From: Eledone cirrhosa
Taxonomy: Eukaryota
Assembly (NCBI GenBank): GCA_964016885.1
Contig: OZ024741.1
Span: 132,680,001 to 132,744,000, forward strand
Length of the DNA: 64,000 nt
Reading direction: 5' to 3'
Shown: piece by piece, positions 35,427 through 48,512 of the stretch
Layout of the letters: each line of letters begins with the position of its first letter
Numbering within the stretch: position 1 is the first letter of the stretch
Notes under the pieces: model-generated
What the model saw: the letters and a program-made list of their open reading frames with translations, nothing else
What the model was told of the DNA's origin: nothing
The model's database searches: none
Made by a program: the position numbers and the translations under genes

Positions 35427-35473
35427 CATATATATATACATATATATATACATATATATATACATATATATAC

Positions 35474-35536
<63 letters not shown>

Positions 35537-35539
35537 CAC

Positions 35540-35570
<31 letters not shown>

Positions 35571-35592
35571 CATATATATATATACACATATA

Positions 35593-35625
<33 letters not shown>

Positions 35626-35743
35626 GTGTATATATGTATATGTATATATATATATATGTGTATATATATATATGTGTATATATATATATGTGTATATATA
35701 TATATGTATATATATATATATGTATATATACATATATATATAT

Positions 35744-35804
<61 letters not shown>

Positions 35805-36151
35805 CATATACACACATAGATATTAAATATAGTAGTTGGGATTCAGTGGTACTTACTGGAGTAAGTAAGTAACCCTGGGACCAGCTCACTAAACATATAT
35901 ACATATATATTTATGCCTATAGATATACATATATACATATACACACACGTACATATATGTATTCATATATATATACACACACACACACACTAAAACTGCA
36001 TATCACAGCTTCACCCTTTTAAGAAGTAACAATAACAAAAACAATCAAACAGTAGTTTCATCTAACTGCGACCTCTCGAGAACACTGCTCTTTATATGCA
36101 TGATCTCTTGTCCTATTGCTATAGACTAATCAACTGAAGGAGTTATGGTTT

Positions 36152-36365
36152 CTATTTTAGGCACAAGGCCAACAATTTTGAAGGCGGAGATTGTCGATTA
36201 GATCAACCCCTGTACTTGACTGGTACTATATTTTATCAACTCAGTAAAGATGAAAAGCAAATCTAATGTAGGCAGGATTTAAACTAAGAACTCAAAGGGA
36301 TATAACTATATGCCTCAAAGCATGTCGTCTGACACTCCACCGATACTGCCAATCCAACGCTCTGA
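36152..36365 (-). mobile_element. tRNA-derived SINE (family A)
   Basis: Reverse complement of the 55803-55988 type (ggcacaaggcc tail, ctggtact core). Confidence 0.7.
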
Positions 36366-36849
36366 GGAGTAATTAATAAGTTTTTATACTTTTCTTCATA
36401 AAAAAAAGTAGAAAGAGGAGGTAGAGAAAGGAAAGGTTTGTTCCATGTAGTGGCTTGCTTGGGTACATTATTTAGGGAAAATGCTATTTTCCTGGTGAAA
36501 TGGCAATCTTAAATCAACATTCTCCTAATACATCAACACGTCTTAGTTTCTTCTTTAATATTATTCTTTGGATTCAAACAAATTTATCAAAAATGGTTTG
36601 CAAGGCAAAACTGTCTGACTTCCTGAAGAGAAAGCAGAGCAGACGGAAGAGAAGGTTGTTTGTTTTTTTTTTGTTTTTTTTGTTTGTTTTTCAAAGAACC
36701 ATCCATCTTCCAAGTTAGAAAACTCACAAGTTAAATTAAAATTTGTATTTAAAAATAAGTTCTCTTTTCTGATCGAATTTATCAACAAATTACCAGACCT
36801 CATTCGCTTACCAAGTGGGATGGAATTTGTCAAATCAGAGCAAGGAAAA

Positions 36850-37005
36850 ACAATGTTTCCATAGTTGATACTATCTACCAGTCTTAACTCCTAGCAGAAA
36901 GGGCAACTTGAAATAATGTGTCTTGCTCAAGGACATAACGCATCGAATGGTGCGGGAGTCCAACTCCCAAACTTCATAATTGTGAATCCAATTCCCTAAC
37001 CACTA
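36850..37005 (-). mobile_element. Degenerate SINE (family B head)
   Basis: gtgtcttgctcaagga and ctaaccact match the reverse complement of 48190-48280. Confidence 0.55.
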
Positions 37006-37820
37006 TACCCTGCATCTTCTCTTTTTTACTTTAATTATTAGGGAAAAGTGTGTGTGTTTCGGCATGATATAAAAAAAAAACTGTATGCAGCAATAACAAT
37101 AGAATGAATGCAATATCTCAGCGTTTAAAAGAAATGATAACAATAGTGAAGTTTTCTGAGACGGATGAGAGAAATGAGACATATCTTTCCTACTATTTGC
37201 ACCCCGATCCTTGGTTACCCAGCTGTAGGTACTGCACAAATAATGTAACAGAGGTAAGAAAGAGGACTGTAAAGTAGGTGATGGTATAATTTGTTTGTCT
37301 GTACTGCTATGAGCAGCAATCTTTAAAATAATCTCTGCCTTCATTCACACATTTTCATTATCACTTCTTTTAAATATTCAGAGAATAGGCAGGTAAGGGT
37401 ACCTTTAGAAGATTTTTAAAAAATTTAATCAGTTACTAAATCTATTTTACAATGATTAACAATAATAAAAATAATAACAATTATTATTATTATTAAAAAT
37501 AATGAAATAAAGTTTATGAAATAAAATTTGAAAAGGTATCTCGCCAGATGGTCATACTGATACTATAAAGCCATTTTTAATAGCAAACAATAACAGTTTC
37601 TTTGTGTAGAATTTTCCTTTCAGCTCTTGATTGTTTTGGCGGGAAATAACTTGAAATATTTATCTGGTTTCGAGGCACATTATTTCTGAACCTTCAATTT
37701 TTGTTATATCATCACACTTTCATTTAACTCCAGTGTTCCCACAAAGGTAAAAAGGGTACAACAAATACACACACAAAAAACTTAGGTGTTCACAATATAT
37801 ATGTATAGATACACACACAC

Positions 37821-37854
<34 letters not shown>

Positions 37855-37951
37855 TACACACACATACATACATATATATATATATATACACACTCACACA
37901 GAAATTTGTATATATCTATCTTCTTGAATCATCCCTCCATTGAAGGTAAAG

Positions 37952-38002
<51 letters not shown>

Positions 38003-39098
38003 TACGCACACACACACAAACACATACATATATATGGTATATATGTGTGTGTGTATGTGTGTATATATATATATATATATGAAATAGGTTGTAGTCCTTT
38101 GTCTCGTCAGCAAGAAAACTTACAGAGAGAGAAATGAAACGGTTTGATTTATATATCATTTTTATATTGTTTTATTGGTTACATTTCTTTCCCAGCTTAA
38201 TGTAAAAAATATACTTGGTATATTTCTTGAGTCAAGTTCTACAACCAAAGTCTTAAGGAATTGTTCAGTGAAAGAACTGGCAATAATTAGGGAGTTTTTC
38301 TTGACCCCATTTTTATTTGTTGTTTTTTTACTTCTAAATATTTCTCAACTTTATTCAGTTTTCATTTTTTTTTTTTTCAAAATCAGTTTTCGTTTGTCAA
38401 ATATAAGATTTGGAGAGTAGAAAAAGAAAAGGAAAAGGAAGAAATAGGACTGAAGTGACATTTCTTGTAAGGAAAAAAAAAGTAGTATGGGCAGGTGGGA
38501 TACTGTTATTCAGTAACAGGTATTGTACAAGTATGTTATGGAGAGACTTGGTGTGATCACAATTTCACCGTCAGAGAAGGCAAAGTAAAATAGAAGAGTA
38601 AAGTTGGTAACAGTGACCAGATAGCTGTAGCATGAAGTGTTGGTAATATTATAGCTGAACCCAACAATGAACTGCAAGAATTCATGGAGTACAAAGGACT
38701 GGAAGAAGGCAGTGGGCAGCTTTTAAAAAATGAGAGAGAAGCTGTTGATTGAGCTCTGCTTAAAAGATATTGAATGCTTGGAAGAATGCCGAGGCAGTCC
38801 AGTCAAACAGACCTCTGTAAAGATGAAAACAGAGTGGGGGGAGGGTGAAAAGGAGAGAAAGAGATGGTGAGAGAGAGAGAGAAATAGTGTGATAGAGAGA
38901 GAGAGAGTTAAAACCAAGGAGACTCTCCTGTAATGGGCAGTGTGTGTCCCATTATATGTCACCATTGTTTTTCAATGGGAGCTGAGAGAGAGACAAGCAG
39001 TTGGCAGTACCCCTCTGAAGACCTGCTTCTCTCTTGGGTAGAATGGCACTGACCATGCTTGTATTGGGGAACGTTGGCTACATTTGACAACATCAAAT

Positions 39099-39114
39099 TC
39101 ATGGCCGATGAAAC
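39099..39114 (-). CDS. PHACTR: Phosphatase and actin regulator, terminal coding exon (R)FHRP-stop
   Basis: Acceptor tttttcgtttcag; G TTT CAT CGG CCA TGA completes the conserved HLTRFHRP C-terminus. Confidence 0.92.
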
Positions 39115-39212
39115 CTGAAACGAAAAATTGAAGATATTCATTAAAAATCTGTCTTGATTTGCAAATGTTAAGTTTATTAATTTCTTTAATATTTAGCTCG
39201 ATATTAACCTAC

Positions 39213-39732
39213 CTGTTGAAACTAATCCACCTCTAAATACTAATCCACCTCTAGATACTAATCCACTTCTAGATACTAATCCACCTCTAGATACTAATCT
39301 CTTTCTTGATACTAATCCACTTCTTGATAGTAATCCACCTCTTGAAACTAATCCATCTCTTGAAACTAATCCACCTCTTGAAACTAATCCACCTCTTGAA
39401 ACTAATCCACCTCTTGAAACTAATCCACCTCTTGAAACTAATCCACCTCTTGAAACTAATCCACCTCTTGAAACTAATCCACCTCTTGATACCAATCCAT
39501 CTCTTGATACCAATCCATCTCTTGATACCAATCCATCTCTTGATACCAATCCATCTCTTGATACCAATCCATCTCTTGATACTAATCCATCTCTTGATAC
39601 CAATCCATCTCTTGATACTAATCCATCTCTTGATACTAATCCATCTCTTGATACTAATCCATCTCTTGATACTAATCTACCTCTAGATACTAATCTACTT
39701 TTTGATACTAATCCACTTTTCAATACTAATCT
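39213..39732. repeat. 18-bp minisatellite, ~29 copies (GAWACYAATCCAYCTCTT)
   Basis: Direct reading; lies in the last PHACTR intron. Confidence 0.95.
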
Positions 39733-39851
39733 TGATAAAATGCAGCCAATCCACTTGTAAAGTGGTAGTGCTCATGTCATGATTAAATGCACCTAGTACA
39801 CTCTGTTAAATGGTAGTGCTGGTGCCATGATAAACTATATATATTGCATGG

Positions 39852-40012
39852 TCCCATAACTCCTGAGGGAGTCATAGGGGCACCATATTGACATACAGCA
39901 TTTCTAGGGTATTTTTTAAACCTGGCAGAGCCCATCTTCTCTCCATGTCTGAATGTAGCAGATTTCTCCCAGAGAAGAATAGAGAAAGTGAGAAAGAGAT
40001 ATAGAGGAAGAA
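39852..40012. repeat. Unclassified interspersed repeat (also ~52288-52455 and ~54130-54280)
   Basis: Shared gagggagtcat..catttctagg..tctgaatRYagcagatttct..gatatagaggaagaat. Confidence 0.6.
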
Positions 40013-40269
40013 TCCACTCCAGTACTTGACTGGTACTTTTTTATTGACCTCGACTAGATGAAAGGCACAGTTGACTTTGGCAGGATTTGAACTCAGAGAG
40101 CAGAAAGCCAAAATGAATACCCCAAAGCATTCTATCCGATGTTCTAATTTGTTGTTTTATATAACTAGCAATTACAAAAGCCTGCAGGAACACCAAACAA
40201 GTTGTTTTAAATATAGAAGTGCTCTTCTTCTGAATGTTAATCAATCTTGGGAAGATAAAAACCAGGAAA

Positions 40270-40535
40270 TCATCATCATCACGTCCATTTTTCCATGCTA
40301 GCATGGGTTAAACAAGTTGTCTCTTTGAGACAAGCCAGATCAGATGACTGTCTCTTGTTCATACAGAACTGTTTCTGGTTTGGTTTCTACAGCTGGATGC
40401 CCTTCATAACAACAACCATATTTACAGTGTGGACTGGATGCTTTTTATCATGGCACCAAAATGACCAACTGACAGGTTGAACTGGTTGCTTTTTGTCATG
40501 TCACCAACTTTACAGGGTGGACTGTGTGCTTTTTG
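40270..40535 (-). mobile_element. RTE-tail non-autonomous element
   Basis: (CAT)n, acgtccatttttccatgctagcatggg, ctggatgccctt motifs. Confidence 0.7.
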
Positions 40536-40546
40536 TATAATATAAT

Positions 40547-40740
40547 TTCTAACTTAAGCACAAGGCTAGCAATTTTTGGAGATGAAAAAAATCAACTTTC
40601 GACCCAAGTACTTGACTGGTATTTTATTTTATTGACCATGGAAGGATAAAAGACAAAATTGATCTCAGTGAGATTTGAACTGACAACGTAAACAAATGTC
40701 ACAAATCATTTTGTCCAATGCTCTACAACTCACCCTATCC
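40547..40740 (-). mobile_element. SINE family A
   Basis: cacaaggc tail, cttgactggta core, atttgaact B-box complement. Confidence 0.65.
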
Positions 40741-40969
40741 ATAAAAAAATATGAAGAGAGAACATCATTTATTTACTTGTATTCAGATTCTAGCACACAC
40801 ATTATATTGGAAACATGCAAATGTGGCTAAGAATTTCGCTTTGTATAATCATGTGGGTTGATGTGAATGCTTGTGGTTAATGTGTGTGGCCCAATCTGGC
40901 AACCCTGCACCTTGTTAAAAATAATTGTATAGTAACTTGATAACTTGGTGTGTTACTTCCTGATTTTGC

Positions 40970-41445
40970 AACACATGTATTGTGGATTCTTTTCTCATTA
41001 CTCAGGTCACAGAGATTCACCTCTATGTTCTTGTGGCGACTGTCCAGAAACTCTTTGGTACTATTTGTTCCAATGTAGAAACTATCAGTCTAAGAGAGAG
41101 GCCATATTGAAACCAATCTTTAAAAAACTACCAAGATTGGAAGTTCAATATATGATTAAAGGTCAACCAAATATAAACAAAATCTCTGAGTACATGGAAG
41201 CTATGAAAAGATTCAACAACAGAAACTTCTAGCTGTTTTACAGCTTCCCTTGTTTCCTATGTTCTTTTCTTTTTCGTTTTCTTATGCATAATCTGCCTCC
41301 CATTAGCCTTCAATATCTGAATTTTTTTCTGCTATGGAAAGATCAATGGAAAAATTGTTTCCTTAGTCTGATTTGATGAGCTCAACCCCACTTAGTAAGC
41401 AAATGAGGCCTGGGATCTTGTCGATCAATCGATAAAAATAAATAA
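40970..41445 (+). mobile_element. LINE 3' end with CCHC-type knuckle (I/R1-group-like)
   Basis: DSPLCSCGDCPETLWYYLFQCRNY..RE motif followed by an A-rich tail at ~41432. Confidence 0.55.
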
Positions 41446-41563
41446 TAGTACAGAAGAATGTGATGTTGCAAGACGTTGTTACGGTATTTACGTGACAAGA
41501 TTATATTAGGTAAACTACAGAAAAGTGAAACCCTATCAAAGAAGAATAAATCTAACGATTTAC

Positions 41564-41640
41564 CTCGTCAAATGTCGACTATCTTCATGGACTTCCATTT
41601 CTTTACTTTTGTATTCATTTAATTCTTTTCGGATAGCAGC
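41564..41640 (-). CDS. PHACTR: PHACTR exon [25 protein letters not shown](R)
   Basis: 77 nt, ag/gt flanked, phase 0 to 2; matches the conserved PHACTR PP1-binding C-terminus. Confidence 0.95.
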
Positions 41641-42129
41641 CTGAAAACAAACAAAGTACTGTTAATAAACATTATATATATTGTGTGTGTCCATGTGTGT
41701 ATCCCCCCCGAGTCCCAGTTTTTAGAATAGGTACAACATATCCCAGCATGTCATATGAGGCAATTAAAGGGGTTGGCATCAGGAATGGCATCCAGCAGTA
41801 AAATACTGTCTCAAACCATCCCATCCAACCCATGCCAGTGGATGAAAAGTGGATGTAAAACCGATGATGATGATGATTATATATATTTCTTTTTAAAGCC
41901 CTCTTCAGTCATGACTGACTGTAGGTTTGCTAACCTCTGGAAGGATGTCCCTGAATTGGCTACTTCAATGCAGCAGACTGTAGAACACATACTAAATGAG
42001 CACCTGGATCTCTGACCACTCGAGAGTGTGAACCTCACACATCCTAATCCCACTACCGTGAGCTGGTTATTGTGATTGAGGGATGTCACATGATTACTGT
42101 CTTATATGAAAGAAAGAACCAAAATGATT

Positions 42130-42205
<76 letters not shown>

Positions 42206-43035
42206 GAAAAATAATAATAAAGGATGGAAGATGCACCTAATGTGTTTTTATATCTACATGCAAATTTACAGTACACAATGACAAGAAATTAGTAGATACA
42301 AAATAAATTAGTTTTTTTAAAAGAATGTTTACAGAAAGAATCATGGTTATTTTGTTATCTTCAATCCCTTATTATTATTTTCTCTATAAAACATGATTTG
42401 TACAGTATTCTTTAATTTTCTATCCCCTCCCAATAACACCAGATTCCTCCTTCCTCACCCAATCCATGCCAGCATGGAAACAGGAGCATACCTTCAAAGG
42501 GTTCTGCCTGACATTGCTCACTTACTCTCTCACTTCTTGTGACTCCCCTACTCTCCCCTCACATTTCTGATCCCCCTCCTTTGCCCAACCATGCCAGCAA
42601 GGAAAGATGCTCCTTCCACTAAGTGTACTACTGGATGCCACTTGCTCTCTTTAATTCTCTCTTTCTTTCTTATACGCCTCTTAACAGACCATCCCACCTC
42701 CTTCACCTAACAACTCTGTCTCATCCCTTCTTTTGGCAGGCAACATGTAGCTGCCCACCTGAGGATAACAAAATGAACACTCTAGTATTGAAAAGTGGTT
42801 GCACCCAGTCCCCTCTGTAAGATGATAGTGCCAGAGTCATGATAAAAAAAACTCCCAGTATATACTGTCAAGTGATTGATGTTATGAAGAGCATCCAGCC
42901 ATAGAAATAAAGTCAAAAGTGAAATGTATGAGCAAGACATGATCACCTGACCTGTCTGGTTTCAGCATGTTACAACCTGTCTAACCCATGCAAGTATGGA
43001 AAAAGACACTAAGCGATGATCATCATCATGATGAT

Positions 43036-43078
<43 letters not shown>

Positions 43079-43970
43079 CAGGGTGCGGACGATATTTGTT
43101 CGCAATTTTCAACTGCTAATTTTATGCAAATTTTTTTTACTTCTGTTGTCACTCTTGTCTTCATAAAAACAGTGACTATATTTCCATTATTTATTTTCAG
43201 AATAATTGATTATGAATAATTTTGAACCTCCAAATTTGTGGAAGAGACATGGAGTTCTTCTTGGAATCCGCGCCGGGAGGACAAATAAGACCAGAAGATC
43301 AACTCCCAGAACAACAGGTGGCTCGCTGTCTCATCCAAAGATGTGCCCAGAGTCATGCAGACAAAGTTTCCAGCGACAACATTGGTCTTAGGTGTCGTCA
43401 ACAGTCAAGGAGATGTCATGCCACCTCACTTCTTCCCTGAGGGCCTCAAGCTGAACACCGATTGCTACATCCGCGTTCTGAGCGAGGTAGTAAAGCCCTG
43501 GATCGACCAGGTAGCTGCAGGTAGGCTGTACGTGTAGCAGCAAGACTCAGCGCCCTGCCATACCAGCCGAAAGACCCAAGCCTTTCTGTCAGAGAACTTC
43601 GTCGACCACACTTCACCTGACATCTGGCCTCCCAGCTGGCCTGACTGCAACCCCCTCGACTTCTTTGTGTGGGGCGCAGTGGAACAAGACACCAACAGAT
43701 CTAGCTGCAATACGAAAGACGATCTGAAGACCAGGATCACAAGTGCCTTTAGGAGCCTAAGTCGGGGGACAGTGACAAAGGCCTGTAGCCGGTTCCGAGG
43801 CCGCCTTGAGGCCATCATCAAAGCCAATGGCGGGTTTATCGAATGAGATCGAAAGAACAAGTCATGAAGACAAACTGACCCAAGTTTGATAAATAAATCT
43901 TAAAAAATAAAATTACTGTCTTATTTTTTCCTAGACAGTAATCTTGCGAACAAATATCGTCCGCACCCTG
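43079..43970 (+). mobile_element. Tc1/mariner-superfamily DD37D (maT) transposon, internally deleted
   Basis: Perfect 27-bp TIR cagggtgcggacgatatttgttcgcaa with TA on both sides; transposase remnant QQDSAPCH..WPPSWPDCNPLD with 37 residues between the Asps; in-frame TAG ~43535. Confidence 0.93.
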
Positions 43971-44060
43971 TATATATATATATATATATATGTATATACA
44001 CACAAACACATGTGTGTGTGTGTGAAAAGTATATGGAATAAACATAACAGACGATGAGGT

Positions 44061-44098
<38 letters not shown>

Positions 44099-44473
44099 TG
44101 GCGAAGGGTAACCTGGAAAGCAGAGCATGCAGTCCAATCGCCATGGCAGAAAGTGGGGCTGTGCAGCCTTACTCCCCCCCCCCATTCCCTCTAAATGACC
44201 CTCCCGGTCAAAGCCACATGTAGTGTTATCTAGTGTGTGTGTGTGTGTGTTCTCTTTTTGTGTGTCTACGATTTAGCAAGCAGCCAAAATTCTGCTTGCT
44301 TCAACCGACGCAATTGACCAACTCAAGATTCTATAACGCACGCACTGCATGCACGCACCCTTCACTCCTGATATATATATAACAAAGGAATTGTGGTAAG
44401 GAACCAGATGGACCATAACGCACCAAAGTACTCAATACTTAGGGTAGTAGAGTGGGTAATAGGAACATGTATG

Positions 44474-44569
44474 ACCCCGACGGCAGAGCTCAAGCCGTTT
44501 CGACGGCTATGTCTGGACTAAATAAGAATTTTTAGCCTGGTAAATAAATAGCCGAACTTCTCAGGGGGT
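44474..44569 (-). ncRNA. Type I hammerhead motif with G8A core change, in PLE-terminus-like sequence (44381-~45100)
   Basis: Minus strand: stem I ACCCC/GGGGU; core CUGAGAA; long stem II G..CGGCUA/UAGCCG.C; GAAA; stem III ACGGC/GCCGU with GAGCUC in the loop; GUC triplet. Confidence 0.65.
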
Positions 44570-45114
44570 ATTTCCTTATATGGGAAGATAGTAATTGTCA
44601 AGAGGATTGGTCAAAAATTTGTTGTAAAGACAGATGAATCTATCATAGCATTTGGTGGGAGGTAGGGGTGGCTGAACTTGCCAGTAGAACAAAGAGGGAG
44701 TGGGGGAAACCCAGTCAAGCGTTGAAAGTGAAATCTATATAGCAGATTCTAAGGATAGTGTATAAAAAGTCGAATAAAGTGTACTGGCGAAGAGGTGGCA
44801 GGGGGGGGGGGGGGGGCGTAAAAGAATAGGTAAATCGAAAGGGGGTAAAAAAAAACCATTATAAAAATAAGGAAATAAATATATAAAAAACAATTTCTGG
44901 TTACTGCTCCATTTCCACAGTCACCAAATTTCTCATTGGTATTGCTAAGTTTAATAAGGTGGAGAATGGGAAAAATACTAAATACGAGAAAGTGAAAGAA
45001 TTTTATAAAGCCGGCTTTACAGGGGGTGTAACACCACTGCTATAGATAGTTAGTAATCAGCCAATGCTATCTTACAATGACAGGTTAATAAGTTGAGAAC
45101 GAAAATACTAAAAT

Positions 45115-45226
45115 ACTACTACAAAAATACTAATACAAAATATTAATACAAAAATACTAATACAAAGATACTAATACAAAGATACTAATACAAAAATACT
45201 AATACAAAAATACTAATACAAAAATA
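45115..45226. repeat. 14-bp tandem repeat (aaaatactaataca)n
   Basis: About 7 copies, direct reading. Confidence 0.9.
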
Positions 45227-45244
45227 CCACTAAGAAATTTAACG

Positions 45245-48095
45245 GAGCATGCTTGCCTCATTTCTCTCCAGCCGTCACATATCCTCTGCAGTTGCTGCCC
45301 ATGTCTCACTACCATGCAACATCGCGCTCCTCACACAGGCATCATATAACCAGCCTTTTGTATGCAGGGAGAAACCCTTCTTTATCAGCAGAGGAAGCAG
45401 TTCCCTAAACTTCTTCCAACCCGTCCTTATTCTAGATACTATGGCCTCGGAACCCCCCCCCCCCCCCCCCCTACCATGCTAATCTGATCTCCTAGGTACC
45501 GGAAGCTATCCACCACTTCTATAGCACCCGCCTGCATTTGAAAAATGTGTCTATCAATGCAACTTCTACTGTCTAATTTCCCTGTACATCTACTGCATAC
45601 ATATTTCTCCCTACCTGTTAGTTTGCCTGCTATCTTGCTACATCTCTTGTGTACCCAGGATCTGCATTGTGTGCATTTTATAGAATTTATGCCAATTCCT
45701 TTTATGCATATCGAACATGGCCATTTCCCTGACGGAATCAGAGTTTTGTCATCTTTTCTACTCTTTTGTTTTAGCTAGGTTCACTCTCAGTCCTCTTGCT
45801 TCCAACTGCTGTTTCTATAGCTCCTCTACTGATTCTGCCATAAGAACCAGATCGTCAGCATAGAGAAGTTCCCATGGACAGCCAGTCTTAAACTCCTCTG
45901 TTATGGCTTGGAGGACTATAATGAACAAGAGCGGGCTGAGAACCGAACCTTGATGTACTCCTACTTGTATCTGGAATTCCTCACTAAACTCCATTCCTAC
46001 CCTGACTTTACTGACAGCACCTCTGTACAAAGTTTGCACTGTCTTCACAAGCCATTCCTCAACACCTAGTTTCCTTAGGGACCACCAGATGACAGATCGG
46101 GGTACCCTATCAAAGGCCTTCTCTAGGTCAACAAAGGCTAAGTATAGTGGTTTATTTTTCTTTAAGAACCTCCCTTGCAATTGTCTCACCAAGAAGAGGG
46201 CATCTGTTGTACTCTTGCCAGGCACAAAACCAAACTGCATCTCATCTAGTTTGACCCTTTCTCTAATTAGTTGTGCTAATATACTTTCTGCCACTTTCAT
46301 AACCTGATCAATCAGTTTTATACCCCTATAATTGCTCCTCTCCAGAGCATCCCCTTTACCTTTGTAGCAATTTATGAGAATACTGCTGCACCAGTCTTTG
46401 GGTATGACACCACCATATATAGCCTGATTGATGATGTGTGCAACCAGCTTAGTGCCTACGTCCCCTGATGCCTTCAGCATCTCAGCAACTATTCCTGATG
46501 GTCCAGCAGCCTTACCATTTTTCATTTCCTTAATCGCCTCTTGGACCATATATTCGTCAATCTCAATAGCTGGTCCCTCTGTCGGACCTACTGAGGGTAA
46601 TTTCTCTCTCTCACATTCGTTCTCCACATTCATCAGTCTCTCAAAATGACATTTCCAGGCCTCCTTTTTCTGATCATTCGTGACACTAAGTACACCGGCA
46701 TCGTTCCGGACACATTTATCTCCAACAACATCCTGATTTGCATTGACACACTGCCTTGCAATGTGGAACACCGCACGCCTCTGATCTTCCCATCGCAGAA
46801 CATTGGCAAACCTCCTACTCTCAGCCTCCCTGCGTGCTAAGTACACCTGACGTCTAGCTTCTCTCTTAGCGGCTGTATATTCTTCCCTACTCCCACCCTT
46901 TTTCCAAGCCTTCCATGCTAGTCTTTTGTCTCTAATGGCCTTATCTACTGTGCTGTTCCACCACCAGGTCATTCTCTGTCTGGTTGGAGCTCTGCTCCAG
47001 CCACAAGTTTCATCAGTAGCCTGCAGTAAGTTGTCACGTAAGAAATTCCAGTTATTATCTATGTCATACGTCTCTAAATCGTCTTATTTTTCATCATACA
47101 CATCTTGAAGGGCTTCCTAAATTTGTATTTTAGTGAAAGGTCTTTTAGCTTCCAGACCTTTCTTCTCCACACCTTCCTGTATGTCTTATTCTATCTCTTG
47201 CTTACTGAGATATCACTAACGACTAACCAATGCTGTGGGGTACATTCTTCCCCAGGGTATGCCTTGGTATTAGACACTATCTGCCTGTCCCGCTGCCTAA
47301 CTAGTAAGAAGTCAATCTGGCTTATGTGCTCACCAGATTTGTAGGTTATTAGGTGGTTGGCAGGTTTCTGGAAGTTTGTGTTGCAAATAGTCAGTGTACT
47401 TGCATCACAAAATTCAAGAAGTCTCACTCCTTCTTCATTAGTTGAGCCGTAACCATGCCCACCATGTCACCCAGTGTAACCATCCTGGAGCTGTCCAACA
47501 TGACCATTGAAGTCCCCTGCTAGCATAACGATGTCTCCATCCTCTGTCATTGCGGTTGTTTGTAAAAGTTGCTCGTAAAAGCAGTCTTTCTCATCTTTAC
47601 CTAGGCCTGCTTGGGGAGCATAGGCAGAGAAGATTGTCAGTAGTCTCCTGCCTACAACTAATCTAAGCTTAATTATTCGATTACTAACTCGAACTACCTC
47701 TATTGTCATATTGATCCATCTCTCAGCCAGGAAAATGCCTACTCCCCCTAACCCATCATCCTTACCTACCCAGAAAAGCTTATAGCTAAGATGTTTGCCT
47801 ACGACTAGTCTCGCAGAGGCACCTCTCCATCTCACCTCTTGCACGCAGCACACATCCATATGCCTTCTCTCCAGCATCTCTGCTATTTCAGCGGATCTAC
47901 CTCTGAGAGTGCCAACATTAAGTGTTGCAACTCTTAGATACGACGTCTTCATATTTTGTTGTTGTTCCTATTTGTTGCTGTGTTGATAAGCATTTTGGCA
48001 TTGATACACTGGTTGAATGCCCTACCTAACACCAGCGCCACTTTACAGTATAGACTGGGTGCTTTTATTTGTGCCACCAGCACTAGAGAGGATGT
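45245..48095 (-). mobile_element. RTE-clade LINE (APE endonuclease + RT), disrupted and 3'-truncated
   Basis: ORF 47467-47952 TLNVGTL..VQEVRW..AYAPQ..GDFNGHVG (APE); ORF 45815-46972 FVDLEKAFDRV, GVHQGSVLSP, YADDL (RT); Cys-rich WPCSIC..WVHKRC insert; stops and frameshifts. Confidence 0.93.
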
Positions 48096-48177
48096 CTTAC
48101 TAGACACAAGGGCCCTCTCTACCCCTCCATTTTACAGCATGGTCATAAAAAAAAATTTTTTTTTTAAAAATAAAAAA

Positions 48178-48512
48178 GGCATATGGCTTAGTGGTTAGAA
48201 CATTGGGCTTGCAATCGAAAGGTTGTGAGTTCAATTCTCAGACCGGGTGATGTGCTGTTTCCTTGAGCAAGACACTTCTTTATTTCACACTGTTCCAGTT
48301 TACTCAGCTGTAGAAATGAGATGATATGACTGGGGTCCTTATCATTCCACTACAAAGTGGTCGTGGAGGTGCCACGGCAAAAAAGCACCCAGCACTCACT
48401 GTAAATGAGGTTGGTGTTAGGAAGGGCATCCAACTGTATAAATCAAGCCAGAATCAGTTCCCGTCCCACCCTTGCAAGCAGGGAAAAGCGGACGTAAAAT
48501 GATGATGATGAT
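48178..48512 (+). mobile_element. tRNA-headed SINE with RTE-type tail (family B), full length
   Basis: A box TGGCTTAGTGG 48184, B box GTTCAATTC 48229, tail gcggacgtaaaat(gat)n. Confidence 0.88.

Noticed and set aside
38085-38115. Minus-strand CUGACGA hammerhead core (similar CUGAGG at ~32170 and ~33428)
   Set aside because: No downstream stem II-GAAA-stem III that I could pair.
36400-39098. PHACTR 3' UTR end and poly(A) site
   Set aside because: A UTR must follow the stop, but several AATAAA candidates in AT-rich sequence cannot be ranked without transcripts.
39193-39723. RGG/RDG-repeat protein ORF
   Set aside because: The 18-bp minisatellite is open in several frames on both strands and lies in a PHACTR intron, with no ATG or splice support.
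48178-48250. tRNA gene (also 49979 and 55803)
   Set aside because: A and B boxes are present, but there is no full cloverleaf or T-run terminator; they continue into SINE bodies.
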